Origin: Octopus sinensis | Taxonomy: Eukaryota | Assembly (NCBI RefSeq): GCF_006345805.1 | Contig: NW_021834389.1 | Coordinates: 1-49,014 of the forward strand | DNA length: 49,014 bases | Direction of reading: 5' to 3' | In this document: positions 37,662-49,014 of the stretch, piece after piece | How positions within the stretch are numbered: position 1 is the first letter of the stretch | How the letters are laid out: every line of letters begins with the position of its first letter | Program-made: the position numbers and the translations under genes | Notes under the pieces: generated by a model | Databases searched by the model: none | Told to the model about the DNA's origin: nothing | What the model saw: only the letters and a program-made list of their open reading frames with translations

Positions 37662-38674
37662 ACTGTGTCAAATATATGATTAATGAAAACAATTGCGAAA
37701 ATATTCAACGCAGACGAAACCGGAATTTCTGAAACTAAATGGTACGAGCAAAAATTGTATGCGATGTGTGTTCATAACACTCGTGATTTACGGGTTTACC
37801 GGTTCACAAGTATAGGGAACATCATTTAAAAGGAAGAGTGGTTCTCCAGTGGCGAAAAGCAACAGCGATCCGATATTTATGCTCGAATCTGTCAGACTGT
37901 ATTAAGAATGAATAGATACGTTATTGATTCGAATTTCGCTGTTCTGCATGCCTCCCACGAATTATTATCTGCTTGACAAGCATCAGCACGCATCATCAAA
38001 TAGTTTGTTTGCTGATTCTGAGAAACAAGACTTTGCTCTTTTGAGATTCGTGAGGAAACAAACTACGAGGTTAAAACAACACAGAATCTCGAAGTTTCTT
38101 TACACAGGTGAATTACGTGTTATGAACACAAATCGCATAAAACGAGGACAGTGTTCCCCAGTGGTAATCATATATCTACGTTTCAAATCTGCCAGAATGA
38201 ATTAAGAGACGATTAAGAGCTTTCATGAATCAAAAGACGAAGTGACAGTCAGCAGTATGAGAGGAATCTTGGCAAAATGCTCTACCTGAATTTTTTTTAA
38301 TGATATTTTTGTTGTTTTTGTAAAATGTCAGAAAATAATTAAAAATTCACATTTTTTGTCAAATTATTTTCTTATATTTGTCTATCTATCCAATTGTAAG
38401 CATTTTTAATATTTCACTAACTTCTTGTTATAACTTGGCAAAAGGGTACCTATTTTGCCCAAAATTGCTAAATTTGTTCCCACAGTCTTTTTTTATCTAC
38501 AACCAGAATCGTAAACATTCTCTTGAAAATATTTCAAGCTAGTCAAAGTTGAGAGTTTGACAGAGACAGATTTGGGAAGAAATATACAGTGTTTCAATGT
38601 AACATCATTTGGCGACTTATAGACATGTGTAGTGATTTCAGTGGTTTCAAAAATCCAGTGTAGGAAATCATTAT

Positions 38675-38702
38675 TACCTCCACCTTAACGAAGGCGGAGG
38701 TA
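38675..38702. mobile_element. Hairpin typical of a Helentron/HINE-like element end
   Basis: TACCTCCACCTT-AACG-AAGGCGGAGGTA forms a 12-bp stem with one mismatch. The assignment rests on recalled motif similarity. Confidence 0.45.
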
Positions 38703-38764
38703 TTGTGTGTGTATGCCCTTGAGTTTGTGTTTGTTCCTTATTACATCTAAACAACTGCAGCTGG

Positions 38765-39105
38765 CTTGTTTCCGTTCCCGTAACTTAGTAGTTCGGCAAA
38801 AGAGATCGACCCCTTTGTCAATCGTTGTTTGTTCCCTCTATGTTTAGCCCCTTGTGGGCAATAAAGAAATAAGAAACGTTAGGACGCCGGGCGAATTGCT
38901 TTGCGGCATTTCGTCTGCCTTTACGTCCTGAGTTCAAATTCTGCAGCGGGCAACTTTGCCTTTCATCCTTTTGTGGTCGATAAATTAAGTACCTGTTGCA
39001 TACTGGGGTCGATCTAATAAATAAGTCCTGGGATCGATTCGTTCGACTAAAATACTTCAAGCTTCTGCCCTGGCATGACCGTAGAGCAATGACTGAAACA
39101 AGCAA
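38765..39105 (+). mobile_element. Chimeric family D / family B stretch
   Basis: D mid-body (CCCGTAACTTAG..GGCAAAAGAG), then a B tail and B body (38812-39016), then the D tail (AATAAGTCCTGGGATCG..GACTGAAACAAG). Confidence 0.72.
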
Positions 39106-39483
39106 CGGATACAAACACCAAAAAATACTACTAACATATATGAATGGCCATCAGCGGTGAATTCCTTTATATCATAATATGTAACTGCGATACCACACAA
39201 TAAACCTGGCTATTTTGGTTTAATTACATAATCAGCAACATTAAACCATTCTTTTCTTATCAATTGTTCTGAAGTAATGTTTCCTACATGAAACGAGGAT
39301 TTCCATTCACTATTTCCTGTATTTACTTCCTACCAATAACATCCGCCATTACTTTCTGACAAGCATTTCCTGTCAAATGTCTCTGATTAAAATAGTTAAC
39401 TTAGTCATGCAAAGATATAAAGCGGTAGTTTTTCACCTTGTACCTGAACTAAAGGTAAATCGCCTTATTATTGTTCAGCCACA

Positions 39484-39493
39484 ATCTATTTAT

Positions 39494-39581
<88 letters not shown>

Positions 39582-39594
39582 GTATGTATGTATG

Positions 39595-39629
<35 letters not shown>

Positions 39630-39698
39630 GTATGTATGTATGTATCTATCTATCTATCTATGTATGTATCTATCTATCTATCTATGTATGTATGTATG

Positions 39699-39736
<38 letters not shown>

Positions 39737-39966
39737 CCTACCTACCTACCTCCATATCTATCTACCTACTTACCTACATATCTACCTACCTACCTACCTA
39801 CCTACCTACCTACCTACATATCTATCTACCTACATAGATATCTATCTACCTACCTACCTACATATCTATCTATCTACCTACCTACATATCTATTTTTCTA
39901 TCTATCAGATCTATCTATCTATCTATTGATAGATTTGATAGATAGAAAAAATTGATAGATATTTGA

Positions 39967-40046
<80 letters not shown>

Positions 40047-40092
40047 CATCTATCCATCTATCCATCTATCTATCTATCTATATATCTATCTA
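39484..40092. repeat. ~600-bp compound (TATC)n/(TATG)n/(TACC)n/(TCCA)n microsatellite
   Basis: Seen directly; it explains ORFs 39377..39955 and 39471..39929. Confidence 0.97.
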
Positions 40093-40436
40093 TGTGATTG
40101 TTTGTCTATCAATATGTCTATCAACCATCCACCCATCCATTCATCATACAAACACATACAAAACACACACACACACAAACATGCACGCCCACATGCATAT
40201 ATGCAAATATTAAATTTACTATTTTAAAGCTAGTTTAACAACAAAACCTTTTCTCATAACGTACCTCGATATTCAGGTTTGCGTCAAATATATGATTCGA
40301 ATCAACTGCGAATATAAGTTTTGCCTTCCGGCCTCTTCATCTTTTGGTTCTATAGGTCAATAAACGAAATATGAGAACCCGAATATGCATATCTTGACGT
40401 ACATACTTACATGCATACATAACAGTACTTGGTTTT

Positions 40437-40505
40437 ATGTGTAAAAGCCTAACCGGCAGTCTGGATAGACTTGGATTTTCAGAAAAAGAAATGAACCAAC
40501 TGAAT
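40437..40505 (+). mobile_element. Small R4/Dong-like C-terminal fragment
   Basis: CKSLTGSLDRLGFSEKEMNQL resembles YLNTSLEKLGFSKSER from the 3675 copy. Confidence 0.45.
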
Positions 40506-42033
40506 TTGATTCGTTCTCAGTCGAAAGACACCTGTTGTTATTTCTTGTTGTTTGTATTCGTAATTGTGTACCATGTTCTCCATTTTTTTATTTGTTTGTT
40601 TTTTTTTGTACACATTCGCTAGCTTTCTTACAAAGGGGTCTAATGCTTAGACTTTTTTGGGGGCAACTAGATCGAACCATCTCAAGTGTGATTGCCTGAA
40701 ATGGTCGTGTCTTCTGGAACTTGACTGAGGAAAGAAAGCCACGAATGACCCGTCCTTTTTTGCCTGTCTTTCTAATTGTCGCTTCTCTTGTTCGCTTTTG
40801 TATCTTCTATCTGTCCGAATGTTTTAATGTCCTCTTGCGTTTTTTTTCCACATATATATATATAACCTCAGAAGAGGTAAAATCCAAGCTATGATACATA
40901 TGTAGCCCGGATTTTTCCTACTTCATTCTGTAACTCTTGTTTTCTTTTTCTCACATTCGGCAACCGTGGTCGCCTACCGCGGAATATTAAGAACTTTTTT
41001 CTGTTCAAATTTTTTCGATAAAAAAAATCATACGCAACTTTCCGTCTCAACAAACCACTATTGTACCTGAAATTTGATTTTATATATTTACTACGGATTG
41101 TTCGAAGCTAACTGTCTTCCTACACCTTGATCCCTGGATTTTTTATTTATATATATTGTGTGTATGTGTGCGCGTGTTGCTCTTAGATTAAATTTTTGGA
41201 GCCAGCCAAGTTTGAACAGTCTCAAGTGTAACAGGTCGAAACTGCAATGATAATTTGGAAACTTAACTGATGAATAGAAGGCCACGAATGATCCGCACTT
41301 GTTTTTTCCTATCTGTCTTTGTATCGTCTATCTGTCCGTATGTTTTTATCGTCGTCTGTAACGTTTATTCCATTTTGGGGATTTATATATACATATAGCG
41401 ACGTACGTACACATTATGCTCACCTTGTAAGTATGTATCTAAATTCTGTGCGACTTATTTACTCCTTCTTTTATTCCCCCTTATACTTTCTTCTTTCTTT
41501 CCGCTTTTCTTCTTCTCCTTCCCTCTCTCACATTTCTTGGCATTTTCTTTCTTTAATCTCTCTACTTTCCTTCGTTGTCTCCCATGTACATTTCTCTCTG
41601 TCATTTCCTCCTTCTCTCTCTCTCTCTTGCTCTCCAGTTCCTTCCCTAATACTTCAATTCCTCTGCCTGCTACCTCTCTCTTTTCCTTCCACGTGACCGG
41701 TGTTCGGCCAAGAATAATCTTTCTTTCTTGGTCCGACCACCACCTGTACAGCACCTTACTTTCCTGTCTCCTGACTTTCATCTATGTTTGTGCTTCAAGG
41801 CTTTCACTCCACACGCCAGCTCAACTTGATTCGTCCTTATTAGGCGAAAGACACCTGTTGTTATTCTCTTGTTTGTATTTGTAATCGCGTAAAATTTTCT
41901 TCGTTTTCTCATTTTGTTTTGTCTGTGTTGTCGTACACATTCGCTTGCTTTCTTTACAAAATGTAATGCTCTTAGCTTAGATTTTTGGGCCAGACAAGTT
42001 TGAATAGTCTCAAGTGTAACAGACCGTATACAA

Positions 42034-42098
<65 letters not shown>

Positions 42099-42116
42099 CA
42101 TACACGCGTGTACACA

Positions 42117-42242
42117 CGAAGGGGTGAGGAGAAGTTCCTGGCTTTGGGTAAAAGAAAATACAGCGTATTCCCCTCACGGATTCATACACTTATTACAGCA
42201 GCCCTTCAGTTTTTCTAAGCCCCGTAAAAGAACTCGGAAGGT
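42117..42242. mobile_element. Mariner-type terminal fragment
   Basis: CGAAGGGGTGAGGAGAAGTTCCTGGCTTTGGGTAAAAGAAAATACAG resembles mariner TIRs of the TACGAGGG..AAAGT type. The other end was not found. Confidence 0.55.
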
Positions 42243-43378
42243 GTATGTATAGACATATATAAATACACATATGAACACACTCTCACGCAGTCACATATAC
42301 GCATATATGCATGATCTATGCATATATGCGAGACACTATGTCTCGCATATATTACGAGACACTATGTAATGGTAATAAATAAGGTTGGTAGAGACAGGGA
42401 ATGCGATATTCCCTTGTTCACGCCTGTTCTACATTCATTGCAATAGTAAGGGTTGTGAAAAAACTCCGACGTGTGTTCGGTATAGAGACCATTCTTATTA
42501 TAGAGATATGTATATGTATGTGCTTGTATATACACTCACACACACACACATATATATACATACATATGTATATATGTATGTATGTACGTATGTATGTATG
42601 TATGTATGTATGTATGTATGTATGTATGTATGTATGTATGTATGTATGTATGTATGTATGTATGCATGAATGCATGCATGTTTGTATATATACATTTGTA
42701 TGTATTTTGTTTTGGGATTTGGTTTGCAAGATTCTTTATATGAGTTCGAGTGTTGAAGCATATTCTGTTGTGTCTGGGGAGAGTCATTTTCTTTTTGTGC
42801 CTTATTATGTAACACACTCACCGGTAAAATTTCCACTTTTTTCTTATTTTTATTTTCCTAAAATTTTCGTTAGTCTTGGCTCTGTCCGTTATTTACACTG
42901 CGTTCATATTTTACAAATACTGTTTCTCAAAATCCCGAACCTATAAGCCGGGGATTGATTATTTTTTATTGATCAGTACAGAAATAAATTTAGCTAATAT
43001 GCACGCCGCACACAAACACACGCACACAAGCGTGCACTTGCACACACACACACACACATACATTAAATGCATGCATATACACGGAAACACATAAACTGAA
43101 GATGTTTGTCACACACAAACAATCGATCGCACGCTGTTAAAAGTGCGGAGTCTTACCAGAAATCAAAGTAGGATATCGAATGATTACGATGTAAAAATAA
43201 ATAAATTATGAAAGGAAAATACTATTTTTTCCCGTCGGTGCTATATCACTTCTCACTACATTTGCATGTCTGTCGGTATAGCTATATACCGCTCTATGTT
43301 TCCACTTTGCTGTGTGCCTGCGTGTATGATGCGTTTAGTAGTCTAATTTCATCCATTTGTTTAGACTGACTGTTTTGT

Positions 43379-43427
<49 letters not shown>

Positions 43428-43492
43428 TATATATATTCACACACGTGTTTGTGTAGAGAGAGAGTGGGGAAGAAAGAGAAATATGTTCATAC

Positions 43493-43550
<58 letters not shown>

Positions 43551-43699
43551 ATACATATACATTTATACATGCACTATATATATATATATGCATGTATGTA
43601 TATACAAGCATATATAAATGTATGCATATATATATATATATACATATATATATTACATATATATATTATATTATATATATATATATATACATATATATA

Positions 43700-43850
43700 T
43701 ACTCTTACTCTTTACTCTTTTACTTGTTTCAGTCATTTGACTGCGGCCATGCTGGAGCACCGCCTTTAATCGAGCAACTCGACCCGGGACTTATTCTTTT
43801 GTGCCCAGTACTTATTCTATCTATCGGTCTCTTTTTGCCGAACCGCTAAA
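43700..43850 (-). mobile_element. SINE family D, 3' fragment embedded in (TA)n
   Basis: TACTCTTTTAC..CAGTCATTTGACTGCGGCCATGCTGGAGCACCGCC. Confidence 0.88.
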
Positions 43851-43892
43851 TAATACATATATATATATATTATATACATATATTATATATAC

Positions 43893-43925
<33 letters not shown>

Positions 43926-43926
43926 C

Positions 43927-43997
<71 letters not shown>

Positions 43998-44060
43998 CTA
44001 TTATACCAATATATACATATATATATACATATATATACACATATATATACATATATATAC

Positions 44061-44129
<69 letters not shown>

Positions 44130-44357
44130 ACATATAAGAAGGATGACCACTACGTGGACATCCATATGCTAGAAGTAGATCCACTATGGTCTTACTACTA
44201 AGAAAGGAATGTTCTCACGAAAATTTTAGCAAACGCCAGAATGTAAGCGAGCAAAATGAAAAGAAACACTGGTTTTAATTGACACTAACCAAATAATATT
44301 CAATTTTCACCCTTATTATTTTAAATATATATAGACAAGCACTTACAAAGACATATA

Positions 44358-44744
44358 TCTCTCTCTATATAAACGGCAGTTGTCTGTGCGTGTTTCTGTG
44401 TGTCTGTTTTCTCGTACCCTCACCCTGACCACGGCTTTCAACCGATTCTGATGAAACTTGACACACACATAGCCCAATGTCATAATTCAAAACTAACGCA
44501 GCGAAAATTTTGAAAAGTTCCCCCAGTTCTGAAAAAAATCGATAAATTCGACATGGGGTCGAGAATAAAAAAAAACAAACCACAGACTGTCTAGGGGACG
44601 CAACTCAACCTTTTATTACTCTCAAAAAAAAAATTTACCATCATTTTTTTTCCATTTTTTTGCTATTTTTTGGCTATAACTCTCTAAAAATGCTTTATAG
44701 TTATTTCCCTTACAAACCTGAGCAACGCCGGGCGATACTGCTAG
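44358..44744 (+). mobile_element. Non-autonomous Helitron
   Basis: Begins with TC after an A (44357|44358) and ends CTAG (44741-44744) before a T, with a GC-rich hairpin CCTGAGCAACGCCGGG at 44717-44732. There are no TIRs or TSD. Confidence 0.85.
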
Positions 44745-45818
44745 TCTATAATAAGAAGGGTCTCGGTTTCGAATACTCGTTGGAGTTTTTTCACGTCCCT
44801 TACTAAGTGAATGAATGTAGAGCAGGCATGAACAAGGGAATATATACATTCCTGTCACAACCTGGGACTTTGAAGACTGCTTAAATGCAAGAAAGTATAC
44901 TAGTTCCTCAATATTTGATATTCAATATTCATCTATTCAATAAGACAATCAATACTTCATTTCAATTTACTATATATACTATTTATACTATATATTCTAT
45001 ATCTTCCATTAATATTATAAGAATATAATAAACATAAAACAGAGAGTTGGAATAATATATATATATATATCTATATATATAATATATTATATATATATAT
45101 ATAAACATACACATGCATACTCGTTCTTACACATCAATATGCATATATTTATTTTATGAAGATTTTCTTAACAGCTATTACTATTAAAAACATTTTGTTT
45201 TATTTATGAAAAACACAACGCTACGAATCTTTTGGAAAGAAATTTCCGCATTGTGTATATTGCATGTCAGCGCTTTTGCTGTTCAGCTTGTCAAACACTG
45301 GACTAATCCATAAAGAGGAAGTTGTTTCTTTGTAAAGGTGCTGACAACTTCCATTTTAGTTTCGGATTTAGAATTCCTCTAAGTAATTTTTTTTTGTCTT
45401 GCTTTTCGAAGTTTTTCGTTTTTTATTTTTATTTTAAAAGAAGGAAATATTTTGAATTATCTGTTTGCACAAATGTCAAATGCTCACTACATGGGACATT
45501 TCTAAGGGATATCCAACCACCCGGCTAATTGCAACATCAGTGCTTTCCTGTATCAGTAATGACTGATTTTATCTTAGCATGCGATTGCCAGTGGGTGCAT
45601 GCTGCTGACTGAAGCTCCAGATTGCAGAAGTGCACACCTAGCCTTCCTACCACTACTTCGAGACGATTTTCCTCCCCCTCTCTCTCTCTCTACACACACA
45701 CACAAACACATACATATATATATCGTCACTATGAGAATATATAAATCACTTCTAGGGATAGTTTTATCTAAGTTACACTGGGTTAATATATTATATTTTG
45801 AAGATATATTTCTTCAAT

Positions 45819-45891
<73 letters not shown>

Positions 45892-46019
45892 TATATATAT
45901 CATAAAATTTCAAATATTTCAAGTATTATTAATCATTATTAATTATGAAGTATTATTAATAAATTAATTTATATCCATTAAATCTCTGAATTGTCGTACT
46001 TAAAAGTATTATATACATA

Positions 46020-46247
46020 TAGTGTGTGTGTGTATGTATTTGTGGGTCTGTTTGTGCCCACCACCATCACTTGACAACCGATGCTGGTGTGTTTACGTCC
46101 CCATAACTTAGCCGTTCGGAAAAAGAGACCGATAAAATAAGTACAAAGCTTACAAAGAATAAGTCCTGCGATCGGTTTGTTCGACTAAAGGCGGTGCTCT
46201 AGCATGGCCGCAGTCAAGATGACTGAAACAAGTAAAGAGAAAAAGAA
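46020..46247 (+). mobile_element. SINE family D, 3' half
   Basis: TTGACAACCGATGCTGGTGTGTTTACG..GGCGGTGCTCTAGCATGGCCGCAG..CTGAAACAAG. Confidence 0.88.
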
Positions 46248-46248
46248 T

Positions 46249-46290
<42 letters not shown>

Positions 46291-46555
46291 CGCGCGTACA
46301 CACACACACATATATATATATATGCATAATGCATATATATATATATATAATATATATATATAGCTCTGTGATACTGCGAAGTTTGTTCCCAGCCACATAC
46401 TTTCTGATTCAGTTCCAGTGTGCGGCACCTACGTTAAATATCTTCTACTATAGCCTGGAGCAGACTAAAGCCTTTGTCGCAGTCAGATGAGTGAAACAAG
46501 AGAAAGCAAACATTCAGACGAAATGTGAATGGTTACAACCACGACTATTCCTCTG

Positions 46556-47275
46556 AATAATAATAATAATGAAATTATTGTATACAGTGCTCAGGTGCAC
46601 CACAACTTGTCAAAAGTGCGTATAAAGCATATGCGGTAATGTGCAAATGTCTGGAAAGCGAACTGTGTATGAGTCAGATACATGCTTGCGTGTGTATGGA
46701 GGGGAGAAAATCAGGTGAAGTGTAGGCGAATCTCAGGAAGCATGGAAGTTTTGAAGGATCCAGTGATCTGACAACTAACAACTGCTGCCGGCAGTCTGTT
46801 CCATACTTCAGCAACTCTTCGTGTGAAAAAATGCTTCCGAAAGTCATGGGAGCTGTGCTGTTTTCTGACTTTGTAAACATGTCCACGGGTGTTAGACAGG
46901 TGGAGTTTGAAAAGATGCTCAGAGTTATTTTTTGTAAGATGGTTAATAATTTTATGGGTGTCTGCCAAGTCAGCTGCTAGACGTCGGAGTTTCAATGTAT
47001 CCATGCCCAGGGAAGTAAGGCGTTCAGAATATGGCAAATGCCTGATGGAGGGTACTCTCTTGGTTGCACGTCGCTGAACGGTTTCCAGACAATTGATATC
47101 CTGGGCAAGATAGGGGTTCCAGGCCGTTGATGCAAATTCCAGGTGAGGCCGCACCATAGCTATATAAAACCTCAGATAGATAGTCGGAGAGCGGCTCACA
47201 AAGGACTTGGTAAGTGATGGCAAGACACCCTTAGCCTTCTTGGCAATTTTAAAGCAGCCGTGGGCCAAGTTGTGG
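46556..47275 (-). mobile_element. CR1-group LINE 3' fragment, 5'-truncated
   Basis: ORF 46711..47268 contains VRPHLEFASTAWNPY..LETVQRRATK..PYSERL..LRRLAADL..TRGH..FFTRRVAEVWNRLP, followed by a 3' UTR and an (ATT)n tail at 46556-46570. Confidence 0.93.
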
Positions 47276-47579
47276 TCCGGCCCGTCTTAGTTGCAATATA
47301 GGCCTCCGAGAAAATGAGTCCACAGAGCCGCATCGTATTTATCCAATGGCAACAAGCCACTATATAGATTTGTAAGCGCTCCCCAAGCAACAGCTCAAGT
47401 TGTCCTTGCTTTAAGATGGCACTAATGGTGGTGTTAAACCGTTTGCCGGATGAAATCTAACACGCTAGTAACAGGAACTGCCTCTATAACGAGTTTGTGT
47501 TTGCTAAATGTTTCTCAAAAATAATCTTTTAACTGGTTGTTATTCTGTTACTCTATTATCGGTTTCAGGCAGATAATAT

Positions 47580-47730
47580 ATTATTTCTTTATTGCCCACA
47601 GGGGGCTAAACATACAGGCGACAAACAAGGACAGACGAGGGCATCAAGTCGATTACATTGACCCCAGTGCGTAACTGGTACTTATTTAATCGACCCCGAA
47701 ACGATGAAAGACAAAGTCGACCTCGGCGTA
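47580..47730 (-). mobile_element. SINE family B, 5'-truncated
   Basis: TTTCTTTATTGCCCACAG..CGACCCCGAAACGATGAAAGACAAAGTCGACCTCGGCG. Confidence 0.85.
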
Positions 47731-47782
47731 AGCCAAATAGTATATATGTGTGTACACACCCGCACACACACTTGCGCATATA

Positions 47783-48018
47783 CAGGGTTGGTTCAAGCCA
47801 CTCGACAGTCAAAATTCCATAAATACTTACTCGTAATATTCAATTTTATTTATTCATTCTAATTACGAATGTTTAATAATTGAATGCTGTGAGTTGAAAT
47901 AACCGCTTTTTCGACATTTGTCTGTTTATTAGCAAAGTCTCTTATAATATGATCTTTTGTTTTAATTTTGGTATTAAATGGTTTTGGTTTACTGTCAGGT
48001 GACTTTTGTCCAACCCCG
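47783..48018. mobile_element. Tc1/mariner MITE
   Basis: TA-CAGGGTTGGTTCAAGCCACTCGACAGT pairs imperfectly with ACTGTCAGGTGACTTTTGTCCAACCCCG-TA; TA is present on both sides. Confidence 0.78.
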
Positions 48019-48340
48019 TATATTTATACATATTAAAACGAATAGGCACATAAATACACATACATATATAACTTGCTTGCGTGGTTTCATCAAAGAAATT
48101 CCACTCATGAAGGGCAGTGCTGAAACCGGTGACAAAAGAAGACACTCGACCAAAGAGGCGTACAATAGGATCAGATCTAGAACTACATGACTGCAGACTG
48201 ATCTTAACCATACAACACTATTAGTGACCAAACGGAGAAAACATCGGCTTCAAATTTTGACACAAGGCCAGTTGTTTTCTGGTAGGGGAGTGTAATTCAA
48301 TTACATTGACCCAGTGTTTAACTGGTACTTATTTGATCGA

Positions 48341-48577
48341 GAAGGCGGAGAGCTGGCAGAAACGTTAGCGCGCCGGGCGAAATGCTTAGCGATATTTCGT
48401 CTGCCGTTACGTTCTGAGTTCAAATTCCGCTGAGGTCGACTTTGCCTTTCATCCTTTCGGGGTCGATAAATCAAGTACAAGTTACGCAGCACTGGGGTCG
48501 ATGTAATCGACTTAATTCCTTTGTCTGTCCTTGTTTGTCCCCTCTATGTTTAGACCCTTGCGGGCAATAAAGAAATA
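48341..48577 (+). mobile_element. SINE family B monomer nested in an older opposite-strand B2 copy (~48245-48690)
   Basis: An 11-bp TSD TATTTGATCGA lies at 48330-48340 and 48578-48588, and the B2 sequence continues on both sides. Confidence 0.88.
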
Positions 48578-49014
48578 TATTTGATCGACTCCGATAAACT
48601 GAAAAGCTAAATCGATTTAGGCGGAATTCAAACTCCGAACATCAAGACGGACGAAATGCTGTTAAGCTTTTTCCTTCAGGTCTGCTAAGGATACTGTCTT
48701 ATAAAGAAAATATTGTTTTGAAATCCAAGATCTTTGATTTGTAGTAGAATAGTCAACAAACAAATAATTTTTCATTTGCCAAAGAAATATCATTGAAAGA
48801 CACCACACTCTTAACAAGTCCATTTATCACTGTTAGGAACTATTTTCAATATCACCATATAAAATATGCTTACAGTGTATGATCTTCGCTACGAGCTCTC
48901 TGTCACACCAAGTAAAAAGAAGTTTATAGTGAATTTCTGTCTGTCTGTCTGTTTCTGCCTCTATCTATCTGTCACTTTCTTCCTTTTTTCTTTCTTTCTT
49001 TCTTTCTTTCTTTC

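Noticed and set aside
37701-37724. IFNADETG, a pogo/Tigger DDE-start motif
   Set aside because: The flanking translation shows no further transposase similarity and no TIRs were found, so it could be chance.
41256-41292. CTGATGA hammerhead core
   Set aside because: There is no GAAA after a pairable stem II (GAAT instead).
42322-42367. 13-bp perfect hairpin plus a short direct repeat (CGAGACACTATGT)
   Set aside because: Partly TA-repeat derived and most simply a local replication template switch.
48093-48135. Second hammerhead-like string CTCATGAAGGGCAGTGCTGAAACCGGTG
   Set aside because: The core G is mutated, the cleavage position is G, and stem I does not pair. At most a decayed remnant.

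Overview
AT-rich eukaryotic DNA, most likely from an octopus (inferred from the dense TA/CA/GA/TATC microsatellites and the tRNA-derived SINE repertoire; not confirmed by a search). I cannot support any host protein-coding exon, so the window reads as intronic or intergenic. Almost all entries in the ORF track are microsatellite or SINE translation artefacts. The real coding remnants belong to non-LTR retrotransposons: a CR1-group LINE with an inverted 5' part (about 20.0-22.5 kb), a second CR1 3' fragment (46.6-47.3 kb), an RTE 3' fragment (32.3-32.7 kb), several R4/Dong-type restriction-like endonuclease fragments, and two tandem ORF1-only L1/Tx1-like remnants (26.5-28.3 kb). Five recurrent short interspersed families (my labels A-E) make up much of the rest, along with Helitron, hAT and Tc1/mariner non-autonomous elements. 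The most interesting observations are: (1) twin-priming geometry in a CR1-group LINE; (2) that LINE's 3' UTR matches the tail of SINE family D, suggesting a LINE/SINE partner pair; (3) reciprocal head/core/tail shuffling among SINE families; (4) a candidate ORF1-only (HAL1-like) element; (5) a degenerate minimal hammerhead ribozyme; and (6) a perfect 41-bp fold-back. Coordinates were read by eye and repeat boundaries are approximate. Family names are based on recalled motifs.
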